Shown here: piece after piece, positions 27,081-36,904 of the stretch
Position numbering within the stretch: the first letter of the stretch is position 1
Layout of the letters: each line of letters starts with the position of its first letter
Assembly: GCA_044344255.1 (NCBI GenBank)
Contig: JBIJDH010000011.1
Coordinates: 1 to 64,000, forward strand
Source: Myxococcota bacterium
Lineage (GTDB): Bacteria; Myxococcota_A; UBA796; UBA2385
Direction of reading: 5' to 3'
DNA length: 64,000 bases
Position numbers and translations under genes: made by a program
The notes under the pieces: model-generated
The model's input: the letters and a program-made list of their open reading frames with translations, nothing else
What the model was told of the DNA's origin: nothing
The model's database searches: none

Positions 27081-28793
27081 ATGCCCCACTCCTCGTCTGC
27101 GGTCCCGAACGTCTCCACCCCGGTCGCGCCGCCCGCTGAGCTGCTGACGCGCGCCGAGGCCTCCGGCTACACCGAGACCTCGCGCCACGACGAGGTCATC
27201 GCCTACTGCGACGCCCTCGCCGCCGAGAGCCCGCTCGTGCAGCGGACGAGCCTCGGGCGGAGCGGGGAGGGCCAGGACATCGTCGCCCTCATCCTCAGCG
27301 ACCGCGGGGCCTTCACCCCCGAAGAGGCCCGCGCTCAGGGCAAGATCATCGTGATGATCGAGGCCAACATCCACGCCGGCGAGGTGGAGGGCAAAGAGGC
27401 CGCCCTCGCGCTGGCGCGAGACCTCGTGCGCAGGAAGAAGGGGCACAAGATCCTCGGCCGGGTCTGCCTCGTGATCATCCCCGACATCAACCCCGACGGC
27501 AACGACCGCATCAGCCCCAACAACCGGGCCCTTGACCTCGCCAACCTCGAGGGGCAGGTCAACCCGCCCGGGGGCGTGGGCACCCGCTACACCGGCGCCG
27601 GCTGGAACCTCAACCGCGACGCCATGAAGCAGGAGGCGCCCGAGACGGCCGCCCTCGCCCCCTTCTACCAGCGCTGGTACCCGCACATCTTCATCGACTG
27701 TCACACCACGGACGGCTCGATCCACGCCTGTGACCTCACCTTCGACACGAGTCACTCCAACCAGCACCTCTTCGCGGCCCTGCTCGGCAAGAGCCGGAAG
27801 ATGCTCGAGCGCTGCGCGGCGCGGATCGAGGAGCGCCACGGCTACAAGGCCACCTGGTACGGCAATTTCGTGGTCGAAGACCAGCCCGAGACCGGCTGGC
27901 ACACCTATCCGGCCCTCCCCCGCTTCGGCAGCCACTACCGGGGGCTGCTGGGCCGGATCGACGTCCTGCTCGAGACCTACAGCTACATCTCCTATCCCCG
28001 TCGCTGCGCGGTCATCTACGCCTGGCTCGCCGAGCTCGTGCGCACGGCGGCCGTGAAGCGGGACAAGCTGCTGCGCGCCGTCGAGGCCGAGGAGGCCCGC
28101 ATCATCGCCCGCGGCCTGGCCGCCGACGCCCGCGACCGCGTGGGCATCCACTACGGCGTCGCCCGCCGCGATTCGTCGGGGGAGCTCGTCTATTCCTATC
28201 CGGCCTATGCCCTGGACGGCGACACGGTCAAGGTCCCCGGCTTCGAGCGGGAGGCCCTGCGCGACCGCCAGTACCCCGGTGAGCAGCCCACCACCTGGAC
28301 CGTCCCCCACCTCCGCGCCTTCGTGCCCACCGCGATGGTGACCGTGCCCTTCGGCTACGTCGTCACCGTGCCCATCGCGGCCCGCCTCGCCGGCCATGGC
28401 CTGAGGGTCGAGGAGCTCGAGGAGGCAGTGACGCTCGAGGTCGAGAGCTACGTCATCCTCGCCTCCGAGAAGACCTTCTCCCCCGACGTCGCCGGCCGGG
28501 TGCCGCCCCCCGGCGAGTCCGAGGTGCCGCTCAGCCAGAAGCCGCCGCCCAGCCGCTTCGAGACGGTGCTCTCCGTGCGCCCCGAGCGCCGCACCCTCAC
28601 CTTCCCCGCCGGGACGATGGTGGTGCCCACCGCCCAGCGCGCTGGCACGCTGGCCACCTACCTCCTCGAGCCCCACTCAGACGACGGGCTCGTGCGCTGG
28701 GAGTTCCTCGACGCCTGGCTCCAGGTGGGCGAGCTCTACCCCGTCCACCGGCTGACGGGCCCGGTGCCGGAGCGCCGGAACAAGGCCGAGTAG
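27081..28793 (+). CDS. M14 family zinc carboxypeptidase
   Basis: NIHAGEVEG, INPDG, NLNRD and IDCHTTDG motifs. Confidence 0.92.
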   Translation: MPHSSSAVPNVSTPVAPPAELLTRAEASGYTETSRHDEVIAYCDALAAESPLVQRTSLGRSGEGQDIVALILSDRGAFTPEEARAQGKIIVMIEANIHAGEVEGKEAALALARDLVRRKKGHKILGRVCLVIIPDINPDGNDRISPNNRALDLANLEGQVNPPGGVGTRYTGAGWNLNRDAMKQEAPETAALAPFYQRWYPHIFIDCHTTDGSIHACDLTFDTSHSNQHLFAALLGKSRKMLERCAARIEERHGYKATWYGNFVVEDQPETGWHTYPALPRFGSHYRGLLGRIDVLLETYSYISYPRRCAVIYAWLAELVRTAAVKRDKLLRAVEAEEARIIARGLAADARDRVGIHYGVARRDSSGELVYSYPAYALDGDTVKVPGFEREALRDRQYPGEQPTTWTVPHLRAFVPTAMVTVPFGYVVTVPIAARLAGHGLRVEELEEAVTLEVESYVILASEKTFSPDVAGRVPPPGESEVPLSQKPPPSRFETVLSVRPERRTLTFPAGTMVVPTAQRAGTLATYLLEPHSDDGLVRWEFLDAWLQVGELYPVHRLTGPVPERRNKAE

Positions 28794-28812
28794 CGCCGGC
28801 CCCGCAGGCCGA

Positions 28813-29976
28813 TCAGCCCCCGGGGCGCTCGCCGAGCACGATGTGCTCGGTGCGGATCGCGTCTCGCGCGTAGTCGGGGCGGTCGGCGCTGGCGCGGGCC
28901 ACGATCTTGAGGCGGGCGTCGCGCATCGCCTCGACCGTGGGGGAGAGGGCGTCCACGAGCTTGTCGCCGACGAGGCCGTCGCCCACCACGATCGCCAGGC
29001 GGCCCCCCGGCGGCAGCAGGCTCGCCTGGGTGTTGATCCAGTGCTCGGTGTCTTCGCGCCACTTCTTCAGGGCGGCGGCGCGGCCCATCGCCCGGAAGCT
29101 GCGGCGGCTGCCCACCTCGGCGCCCGGGCTCCAGCCGGGCTCGAGGCCGAGCCAGGCCATGCGGAGCTGCTGCATCGGCACGTAATCGTAGACGCCCGGG
29201 TAAGGCGGCGAGGTGAGCACGAGGCCGGTCTCCTCGGGCGGGCCCACGCGGCGGGCGTCGGCCATGCGAACCTTGAACTCGGGGGCGGCCGGCATCTCGT
29301 CGAGCATCCGGCCGAGCTCACGGGCCTTCTTGTGGAAGAGGATGGCCGTGGTGCCCGGGGGGCGGTGCATGGTCACGCGGTTGTTCGAGGTGTCGCTCTC
29401 GCGGTAGCTCGCCTTGATGCAGATCGAGGAGAAGACCGCCTCGAGGAGGGGCCGCACCTCGGCGCCCTCGAGGGCGATGCCGTCCCGCAGGCGGCCGAGC
29501 TCCTCGGCCACATGGGGCTCGTACCACTCCTTACAGACCTCGGGCACGGTGGTGGGGGTGCGGAGGCGGGCGGCGGCGGTGAGCTTGCGGGAGGCCGCGC
29601 GGAGCGGGGTGGCCAGGAGCGAGCCCGAGCAGCGAGCCCGCGCGACGAGGAGCGCGATGGGGGAGAGGTCGGTGCCGGTGCCCTGGCGGTTGTTCAGCAC
29701 CGCCTCGACGAGCACGGTGCCGCCGCCGCAGAAGGGGTCGTGCACGGCGCCGGGGCAGGCCTCGATGATGATGCGGGCGCAGTCCGGGTGCATGCCTGCG
29801 GGGTAGGTGTGGAAGCCGTGGGTGGCCCGCGGCTCGCGGCCCGTCGTGGAGACCGCCTCGGAGAGCATCTTCGCGAGGCCCTCATCGCCGGCGGAGCGCA
29901 CGGAGAAGGGGGCGGTGGGCCCGGCGCGGCGCTGGGAGGCGGCGGCCTCCAGCTCGGCCAGCAGGTCATCCGACAT
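28813..29976 (-). CDS. Amino-methyltransferase, likely an N4-cytosine DNA methyltransferase (alpha motif order); orphan
   Basis: HGFHTYPA, motif I DPFCGGGT near the N-terminus, motif IV TSPPY later. ATG at 29976 overlaps the upstream gene end. Confidence 0.8.
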   Translation of the reverse strand: MSDDLLAELEAAASQRRAGPTAPFSVRSAGDEGLAKMLSEAVSTTGREPRATHGFHTYPAGMHPDCARIIIEACPGAVHDPFCGGGTVLVEAVLNNRQGTGTDLSPIALLVARARCSGSLLATPLRAASRKLTAAARLRTPTTVPEVCKEWYEPHVAEELGRLRDGIALEGAEVRPLLEAVFSSICIKASYRESDTSNNRVTMHRPPGTTAILFHKKARELGRMLDEMPAAPEFKVRMADARRVGPPEETGLVLTSPPYPGVYDYVPMQQLRMAWLGLEPGWSPGAEVGSRRSFRAMGRAAALKKWREDTEHWINTQASLLPPGGRLAIVVGDGLVGDKLVDALSPTVEAMRDARLKIVARASADRPDYARDAIRTEHIVLGERPGG

Positions 29977-31489
29977 AGCTCTCGTCCTGTTCAATTCGGG
30001 AGAGCACCCAGTCGAATGCTCCAGTGGTGATCTTGGCGTCGCAGTAGCCGCAGACGCCGGCCATGTTGACCTTGTCCGCGGGGGCGCCGCAGCTCGGGCA
30101 GCTCTGGCTATCCCAGCCGCCCGCCCGGGGCTTCCCGCCCACGGCGCGGAGGAAGGTCCAGTACTCGCTGAAGGTGCGGAGCTGCGCGGGGTCGCCGCCC
30201 ACCACCTTTCCGGTGCGGGTGTCCAGGGTGCTGTCGCGCATCGAGGCGAAGATGCGCACCGTGACGGTCTCGTAGTAGGCGTCCATCCCGATCTGGGCCA
30301 CCTCCACCTTCTGGATGGTGACGTCGTCGAGGCGGTTCTGCAGGTGCTCGCGCTGGTAGCGCTCGATCCACAGCCGGTGGACCCGGAAGAGGGCGTCGGA
30401 CTCGAGCGGGCGGGCGAGCTCCCAGCGGCCGCTCGACCAGGCCTCCTGGATGCGCTTGAAGACGCTCCGGGCCTCGGAGAGGAACTTGTTCCAGTCGTGG
30501 TCGGGGTGCCGGGCGAGCATCGCGCGGCGAGCGGCGGCGAGGTCGGGGTCGAAGCGGGTGGCGACCGCCGTGCCCGCCTCGACCCCGCCGCCGCCGAGCT
30601 GGAGCTCCACCGGCTGCACCCGGCGGCGGCTCAAGGTCTGGACGCCGCTCACACACCACTGGCTCTCCCCGCCCATCCGCGGCTCCCCGCAATTGGGGCA
30701 GGTGCCGTCGGACTTGGGCTCGGCGGAGCTCCCGCAGGCGGCGCAGGACAGGGTCTCCATGCGGTCGGGGCCCGGCGAGCGGGTGCCGGCCTTGCGCGAG
30801 AAGGTCCAGCGTTCGGTGCAATGGAAGGTGGAGGGTCCCTTCTCGGCGACCTCGGTGTAGTTGGTCTCGAAGTCCACGGTCAGGCGCTGCTGGCTCTGCC
30901 CGAGCTCCACCTTGCGGATCACCACCGCGCCGAAGATGACGTCCTTCACCTCGCGCAGCCCCTTGTCGGCGGCGGTGAGGCCGTCGAGCGCGGCGCGGCT
31001 GAACCAGGGGCTCAGGACTTCGGCGCCGCGCGGCCGGAGGCGCAGCTCCTGCCCGTGCGCGTAGACGAGCTGCGCGAAGTCGAGGAAGAGCGGCATCGAG
31101 AAATTGGGATCGGCGGCGACGAGGGCCCGCAGCGACTCCGCGCGCGACGCGCTCGCCGGGGCGAGGCTGGGGCCGGGGGTCCAAGCGCGGGCCTTGTTGC
31201 CCTGCTGTGACTTCCACCAGATGAAGCCGACGATGATGAAGAGCGGGATCCCGATGGCCGGGAACTGGATCACGAGGCGGATGAGCAGCCAGAGGATGGC
31301 GCCGCCGTCCCCGCCGCCCGAGGAGCCGCCGCCCGACGAGCTGCCGCCCCCTGAGTAACCATGACCGCCGCCCGCCCGCGCCCAGGCCTCGTCGGCGCCG
31401 AGCAGGAGCCCGGGGACGAGGAGGACCAGCAGGGCCCGCCATCGGGGGGAGCCACAGAGCGCCAACCCGCGCGACCAGAGGGGCGTCAT
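29966..31489 (-). CDS. Membrane protein with two TIM44-like domains and zinc ribbons
   Basis: ARAGGGHGYSGGG leader, TM helix, DPNFS...ERWTFSR, second domain ending FSEYWTFLR, CAACG...CPNCG and CPSCG...CGYC ribbons. Confidence 0.85.
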   Translation of the reverse strand: MTPLWSRGLALCGSPRWRALLVLLVPGLLLGADEAWARAGGGHGYSGGGSSSGGGSSGGGDGGAILWLLIRLVIQFPAIGIPLFIIVGFIWWKSQQGNKARAWTPGPSLAPASASRAESLRALVAADPNFSMPLFLDFAQLVYAHGQELRLRPRGAEVLSPWFSRAALDGLTAADKGLREVKDVIFGAVVIRKVELGQSQQRLTVDFETNYTEVAEKGPSTFHCTERWTFSRKAGTRSPGPDRMETLSCAACGSSAEPKSDGTCPNCGEPRMGGESQWCVSGVQTLSRRRVQPVELQLGGGGVEAGTAVATRFDPDLAAARRAMLARHPDHDWNKFLSEARSVFKRIQEAWSSGRWELARPLESDALFRVHRLWIERYQREHLQNRLDDVTIQKVEVAQIGMDAYYETVTVRIFASMRDSTLDTRTGKVVGGDPAQLRTFSEYWTFLRAVGGKPRAGGWDSQSCPSCGAPADKVNMAGVCGYCDAKITTGAFDWVLSRIEQDESYVG

Positions 31490-32133
31490 CGGCGGATCCG
31501 CGGCGCGTCGGCGATCTCGTTCGGGTTGTCTCCGCTGGGCGGCAGGTGGGCGGCGAGCACCTTGCCCACCGCCTCCATGCCCCGCAGCAGGTCCTCGAGC
31601 GTGGAGACCCGCTGGGGATCGGCCCCTTCACCCCACCGGACGGCGTTCCACTCGGAGCCGGGGATGAGGGCCTGCAAGCCGACGTCGGGCAGGAGGACCA
31701 CCCGCTCCTCCAGGGCCGAGTAGTAGACCAACAGCCCCGTCCGACCGCGGGTGCCGCTCACCGACTCGTGGAGGAACGCGGCGGCCGCGGCCACCGCGAC
31801 GGCCTGCTGCATTCGGGCGGGACCGCTCAGCGCGCGGAGCAGCCTCCCCGACCGGGAGGCGGCCCAGCCGGCCGCGAGCCCGAGCAGCGGCAGCTCGACG
31901 GGGAGCCAGCGCTCGTCGAGCACGACGGGGCTCCAGAGCGCGAAGGCGAGGCCCAGCCCGGCCACCCCGGCGCCCACCTGCCAGGGGACCCCGCGGGTGT
32001 CGGTGGAGCTTGAGGCCGCCACCACCACGAGCTCGGCGTCGGTCGTGGCCTCGATCCGCCCGACGGCGGCCTCGACGGCTGCGGCGAAGCGGGGATCGTG
32101 GAGGGGCAAGGTCACCTCGGAGCAGGGAGACAC
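31486..32133 (-). CDS. TPM domain-containing membrane protein
   Basis: IEATTDAELV, TRGRTGLLVYYSALEERVVLLPDVG, DNPNEIAD; ATGA overlap with the downstream gene. Exact start uncertain. Confidence 0.88.
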   Translation of the reverse strand: MSPCSEVTLPLHDPRFAAAVEAAVGRIEATTDAELVVVAASSSTDTRGVPWQVGAGVAGLGLAFALWSPVVLDERWLPVELPLLGLAAGWAASRSGRLLRALSGPARMQQAVAVAAAAAFLHESVSGTRGRTGLLVYYSALEERVVLLPDVGLQALIPGSEWNAVRWGEGADPQRVSTLEDLLRGMEAVGKVLAAHLPPSGDNPNEIADAPRIRR

Positions 32134-32268
32134 GTCCAGCCGCCCCGGCGGGCCGAGGAGCGCAACCCCCTAATCCCGCCCGCGCCGGCAGCGCACCCGG
32201 AAGCAGAGGGCACAGGCACAGCTACGCTCCGCGAGATATTTTCATGCCGACCCTCCACCGGAGCGCCC

Positions 32269-33330
32269 TTGACCGCGGTCCACTCCACTCCGAGCTCGAT
32301 CAGCGCCGTGGCCTACCGCACGGTCGCGTCCCTCGCCTCTCCCGGCGCCGTGGAGGTGAGCCGCGCCGGCGTCACCGACCGGCGAGGCGCCTCGCCCGCC
32401 GCGCGCGCCTGCGAGCGGTGCCCCAATTGCGACTGCAGCGCCGTGTCCGTCTCGATCTCCGACGAGGCCCGCGACGCCGCGACCCGCCGCGCCGCCCTGA
32501 GCGAGCTCGCAGTGACGGAGCCCGGCCTGAGCCCGGTCGAGGTCGCCCTGAAGGTCGAAGGGCGGGTGACGGGGGTGGCGCCCTTCGAGGAGATCGCCGC
32601 CCCCGCCGAGGCCACCGAGGCCACCGAGGCCACCGAGGCCACCGAGGCCACCGAGGCCACCGAGGTCGCCCCCGGCCCGGAGGCCGCCGAGGCCGAACCG
32701 ACGACCCGCGAGGCTGGGGGCCGCGCCGCCGGCGAGCCGCTCACCGCCGAGGAGCAAGCGATGGTCGCCCAGCTCCGCGCCCGGGACACGGCGGTCCGGG
32801 CCCACGAGGCCGCCCACAAGGCCGCAGGTGGCGGCGCCACCGGGGCCGTCTCCTTCAGCTTCCAGGTCGGCCCAGACGGCCAACGGTACGCCGTGGGTGG
32901 CGAGGTGGGGGTCAGCCTGTCCGGTGGGGGCAGCCCCGAGGAGGTCATCCGGCGCGCCGAGCAGGTCCGGGCCGCCGCCCTCGCGCCGGCCGATCCCTCC
33001 GGACAGGACCGCGCCGTCGCCGCCGCCGCGTCGGCGGTCGCCGCGCAGGCCCGGGCAGAGCTGGCCCGACAGACCCTCGAGGAGGCCAAGGGCTCGGAGT
33101 CCGCACCGGAAGACGGCGCCCCCAGCGTGTCCCCCTCCGCGACGCCCGCTGGCAGCGCACGTGAGCCGAGCAGCGCGGTCGAGCCGAGCAGCGCGGTCGA
33201 GCCGGGCGCTCGGACCGCCCCCCCGGCCGAACCGGAGGGCGCGCCTGGCTTCCTGACCGGCACCGCCGCCGAGGCCCAGATGCGCCTCCCCGACCTTGAG
33301 CAGGCCTACCGCGAGGCCCTCGGCGGCTGA
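32269..33330 (+). CDS. SprA-related family protein (putative metalloprotease CJM1_0395-like)
   Basis: RDTAVRAHEAAH, GPDGQRYAVGGEV, AALAPADPSGQDRAVA. Start placed at TTG 32269 after GGAG, uncertain. Confidence 0.8.
   Translation: MTAVHSTPSSISAVAYRTVASLASPGAVEVSRAGVTDRRGASPAARACERCPNCDCSAVSVSISDEARDAATRRAALSELAVTEPGLSPVEVALKVEGRVTGVAPFEEIAAPAEATEATEATEATEATEATEVAPGPEAAEAEPTTREAGGRAAGEPLTAEEQAMVAQLRARDTAVRAHEAAHKAAGGGATGAVSFSFQVGPDGQRYAVGGEVGVSLSGGGSPEEVIRRAEQVRAAALAPADPSGQDRAVAAAASAVAAQARAELARQTLEEAKGSESAPEDGAPSVSPSATPAGSAREPSSAVEPSSAVEPGARTAPPAEPEGAPGFLTGTAAEAQMRLPDLEQAYREALGG
32608..32661 (+). repeat. Perfect in-frame tandem repeat (GAGGCCACC)x6 encoding (EAT)6
   Basis: Read directly from the sequence. 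Confidence 0.95.
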
Positions 33331-33358
33331 TCCGCCGGGCCCCCGCGGCTGCGGCGCG

Positions 33359-34636
33359 TCAGGGCAGCTCGCTCGGGGTCTTGAGGCTCGAGCCCATCCC
33401 CCCGCGGTCGGCCACCACCGACAGGAGCTTCGGGAGGTCGACCCCGAGCGCCCCCTTCAGCTCCTCGGTGATGCGCACGGCCTGCACACCCGCGCTGTTC
33501 GAGCCCGGGAGCACGGTCAGGCGGTCCACCTCAACGGTCTCGAGGGTGTTCGTCAGGCTGGTGAGCAGGGTCTGGAGCTTCTGCATCAAGAAGATGTCGC
33601 GGGCCTGATCTCCGCCGGCCTTCCAGGTGTGGACCATCTCGTCGAGCACCGAGACCGTCGCCCGCCCGTCTTCGATGATCTTCGACGCGCCGCCTCGCGC
33701 GTGGGCGATGCTGGCCTCCATCGCGGCGCGGGCCGGCTCGACGACGTCGGCCTGGAGCTGCCGGCGGGCCTGCTCGACGCGGGCCTCCTGCACCTTGAGG
33801 TCGGCCGTGGCGCGGGCGACGACGGCCCGCACCTGACCGACCTGCTCGGCCACCATCGCCGACTTTCGGGTGCGGGCGTCGACGATCCGCCGCTCGGTCT
33901 CGGAGCGGAGGACCTGCCGCTGGTTCTCGAGGGCGATGAGCCGCGCGCTCTTGTTGTTCTCCGACTCGCGGGTGCTGCTGATCGCCTTCGCCTCCGCCTC
34001 GGCGATACGCGCCGACTTCACCACCTCGGCCGACTGTTTACGGCCGGTGCTGGTGAGGTACTTCACCTCGTCGGAGACGTTCTGGATCTTCAGCGTGTCG
34101 AGCACGAGCCCGAGCTTGCTCAGATCGTGCTCGGCCTCGTCGAGGAGCTTGCTGGCAAAGACGTTCTTGTCTTCGTTGACCTGCTCCGGCGTGAGCTGCG
34201 AGAGCACGCCGCGGAGGTTGCCCTCGAGGGTGTCCTTGGCGATCTTCATGATGTCGGCGCGGTCCCGGCCGAGGAAGCGCTCGATCGCGTTGGAGAGGGC
34301 GGGCTCGTGGCCCGCCACCTTGAGGTTGGCCACCCCATGAACAGAGAGCGGGATGCCCCCCTTCGAGTAGGCGTTCGACACGCTGAGCTCGATGATCATG
34401 TTGGTGAGGTCCATGCGGTCTACCGTCTCGAAGAGGGGGATGCGATAGCCGCGCCCCCCCTTGATCACCCGGTAGCCCTTGACCTCCCGCCCCTCGCGGA
34501 CCCGCGCCCCCGAGAACACCAGGGCCTCGTTCGGACCACAGATGTAGATGAGGTTCCGAACCACGAGCAGGAAGGCGCCGAAGGCCGCGCCGCCGACCAC
34601 GACGAGCGCCACGAGCACACTGAGGAACTCGAACAT
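33359..34636 (-). CDS. Flotillin/SPFH family protein
   Basis: ICGPNEALVFSG, NAIERFLG, LEGNLRGVL, LKIQNVSD, Ala/Glu coiled coil; ATG at 34636 after AGGAG. Confidence 0.92.
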   Translation of the reverse strand: MFEFLSVLVALVVVGGAAFGAFLLVVRNLIYICGPNEALVFSGARVREGREVKGYRVIKGGRGYRIPLFETVDRMDLTNMIIELSVSNAYSKGGIPLSVHGVANLKVAGHEPALSNAIERFLGRDRADIMKIAKDTLEGNLRGVLSQLTPEQVNEDKNVFASKLLDEAEHDLSKLGLVLDTLKIQNVSDEVKYLTSTGRKQSAEVVKSARIAEAEAKAISSTRESENNKSARLIALENQRQVLRSETERRIVDARTRKSAMVAEQVGQVRAVVARATADLKVQEARVEQARRQLQADVVEPARAAMEASIAHARGGASKIIEDGRATVSVLDEMVHTWKAGGDQARDIFLMQKLQTLLTSLTNTLETVEVDRLTVLPGSNSAGVQAVRITEELKGALGVDLPKLLSVVADRGGMGSSLKTPSELP

Positions 34637-34637
34637 C

Positions 34638-35975
34638 TCAGGACTCCTGACGGGCGGGGCCCGCTCCGATGAGGGGGTCATGCACCTGCACAGAGCCCAA
34701 CGGGCGCACCGCTCCGGAGAGCATGCCCGTGACGTCCACGCCGGTCGAGCCCTTGAGCTCGTCGAGCACGGCGCGGACGCTGGCGGGGAAGCTCGCGATG
34801 TGCCGAGGGAGGGTGGTGCCGTCGCCGCCGTCGATGAGGTTGACCTCGCCGATCGCGACCTTCGAGACCCGAGTGACCACGGTCTTCAGCACCGTCTCGA
34901 GCTGCTGGATGAGGAAGATGTCGCGGGCGTCGGGCCCGGCGGCGAGCCAGGTGTCGGTCATCATCTGGAGCACGTCGGCCATCGCCTTGCCGCTCTCGGC
35001 GATCGCGGCCGCGTCCCCACGGGCGCGCAGGGCGGCGGCCTCCTGGGCGGCCTGGGCGGGGAGCACGACGTCAGCCTGCAGGCGCAGGTGCTCGAGCTGG
35101 CGCCGGATGTCCTGGAGCTCGGCCTCGGCCTCGGCGCGGGCCTGCCGCCAGGCGGCCTCGGCCTGCTCCTCTTCCGTGCGGGCTTCGGCCTCGAGCTCCG
35201 CCTTGAGCTGGCGGACCGAGTTCTCGGCCTGGACCACGATCGTCTCGGCGTTCTGTCGCGCGACGGTGGCCACCTTGGTCGACTCGCTCTCGATCTTCTG
35301 GGCCTCGGTGAGCGCGAAGCTCTCGGCCATCTCGGCGTCGCGCACCACCTCGGCGATGCGCTTACGGCCGATGCTGTCGAGGTAGTTTCGATCGTCAGCC
35401 ACGTGCTGCACCTTGAGGGTGTCGAGCTGGAGACCGAGCTTGTGGAAGTCGTTGCCGGCCTCCTCGACGAGGGCGTCGGCGAACTTCAGCCGGTCCTCGT
35501 TGACCTCCTCCGGCGTCAGCGTGGCGAGCACGCCGCGGAGGTGCCCCTCCAAGGTCTCTTTGGCCACTCGGCGGATCTCGGCGGGGTCGCGCCCGAGGAA
35601 GCGCTCGATCGCGTTCCGCACCACCGCCGGCTGCGCGGAGACCTTCACGTTGGCCACCGCGTGAACGGACAGGGTGATGCCGCCCTTGGAGAAGGCGTTG
35701 GCGACCTTGACCTCGACGGGGATGGTGGAGAGGTCCATCCGGGCGACCTGCTCGATGAGGGGCCAGCGGAAGGAGCGCCCGCCCCCGATCAGCTCGCGGT
35801 AGCCGCGCACCGTCCCGTCGGCCATCGTCTGCTGACGACCGGAGAAGATGAGCACCTCGTTCGGCCGCCCGATGAAGAGGAACTGCCGCACGAAGGCGAT
35901 AAAGAGGACGACACCGACCGCGATGCCGACCCCCGCCACAAGCGCGGAGAAGAGTGTTGCGATGATCTCTTGCAC
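34638..35975 (-). CDS. Flotillin/SPFH family protein
   Basis: GRPNEVLIFSG, NAIERFLG, LEGHLRGVL, LKVQHVAD, coiled coil; paralog of the neighbour. Confidence 0.92.
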   Translation of the reverse strand: MQEIIATLFSALVAGVGIAVGVVLFIAFVRQFLFIGRPNEVLIFSGRQQTMADGTVRGYRELIGGGRSFRWPLIEQVARMDLSTIPVEVKVANAFSKGGITLSVHAVANVKVSAQPAVVRNAIERFLGRDPAEIRRVAKETLEGHLRGVLATLTPEEVNEDRLKFADALVEEAGNDFHKLGLQLDTLKVQHVADDRNYLDSIGRKRIAEVVRDAEMAESFALTEAQKIESESTKVATVARQNAETIVVQAENSVRQLKAELEAEARTEEEQAEAAWRQARAEAEAELQDIRRQLEHLRLQADVVLPAQAAQEAAALRARGDAAAIAESGKAMADVLQMMTDTWLAAGPDARDIFLIQQLETVLKTVVTRVSKVAIGEVNLIDGGDGTTLPRHIASFPASVRAVLDELKGSTGVDVTGMLSGAVRPLGSVQVHDPLIGAGPARQES

Positions 35976-35996
35976 GGACGACCTCCGGAGCCGACT

Positions 35997-36686
35997 CTAC
36001 GGCGCCGCGGTGAGGTTGTTGCGGAGCGCGGTGACCTCGGCCACCCCCTCCTCGATGGAGACGATGAGCACAGTGTCGTTGGCCCGAATGGGCGCGATGT
36101 CGTGGGTGCGGGCGAGGAGATCGACCGTCGAGCCGCCGAGCAGGGCCCGGATCTTGCCCGTCTGGTGCGCCTCGATGGGGAGCAGCGCCTTGGCCTCACC
36201 GCCGCGCAGCTTCCCGAGCGTGGTCTCGGTGCCGACGTTGCTCGACTGCAGTCGCCGAAAGGCGGCGGCGACCACCCCGCCGACCCCCACGCCGATCACC
36301 GCCGAGACCGGGGCCGCGATGAGGGTCGCCTGACCGAGGAGCGTGAGCAGGAGGCCGCTGAGGCCGAAGCTCGCGAGGCCGAAGGTCCAGAAGCGCATCG
36401 AGAGGAAGGGCAGCCAGGGGCCCGCGCCGGCCGGCCCTTCGACATGGACCGCATCTCCGTGCCCGCTCACGGTGAGCGCACCGTCGCCCGCGCCATGGCC
36501 GACGTCGCCGTGGCCAACGTCGCCATGGCCGACGTCTCCATGATCGAGACCGCCGTGATCGAGGCCGCCGTGGTCCACGTCGCCGTGGAGGTCGCCCTCG
36601 GACTCACCCGCGTCACCGCCCGAGAGGGCCCCGACACCGACCAGGATCCCCCCCGCCACCAAGGCAACCACGTAGAGCGCAAGCAT
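35997..36686 (-). CDS. NfeD-like/YqiJ-like flotillin partner with His-rich loop
   Basis: TM helix, repeated HGDVG/HGGLD, LPFLSMRFWTF...FGLSG, and a C-terminal OB-fold-like beta region. Confidence 0.8.
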   Translation of the reverse strand: MLALYVVALVAGGILVGVGALSGGDAGESEGDLHGDVDHGGLDHGGLDHGDVGHGDVGHGDVGHGAGDGALTVSGHGDAVHVEGPAGAGPWLPFLSMRFWTFGLASFGLSGLLLTLLGQATLIAAPVSAVIGVGVGGVVAAAFRRLQSSNVGTETTLGKLRGGEAKALLPIEAHQTGKIRALLGGSTVDLLARTHDIAPIRANDTVLIVSIEEGVAEVTALRNNLTAAP

Positions 36687-36782
36687 GGCGACCTATAGCG
36701 CGGCGCGCCCCCCGTGGGGAGTTCGAGTCGCCGATTCCCGGGGACCTCTGCGCCGATCACATGAGCGCTCCGCCCCCAGGTG

Positions 36783-36812
36783 TTGACAACGGAGGGCTCA
36801 ATCCGGTAAGGG
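36783..36812 (+). promoter_or_regulatory. Putative sigma-70 promoter for the pal-cpoB operon
   Basis: Perfect TTGACA at 36783-36788, 18-nt spacer, weak -10 TAAGGG; about 90 bp upstream of the ATG. Confidence 0.4.
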
Positions 36813-36904
36813 GTTGTCCCCACCGGTGGGTTCCCGCCCACCTCCCGCTCCCGCTGGGTACCTCAACCCCCGGCGCCGCCCCCCCTCCGCCTTGCGGGTC
36901 TGCC

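Noticed and set aside
21319..27147. 1942-aa plus-strand ORF, and similar long ORFs such as 15928-19044, 54500-57631, 59482-62541 and 48106-50481
   Set aside because: Antisense shadows of well-supported genes; stop codons are scarce at this GC level and the translations have no recognisable motifs.
28813..29976. Restriction-modification system
   Set aside because: No adjacent endonuclease or specificity gene; both neighbours have other clear identities.
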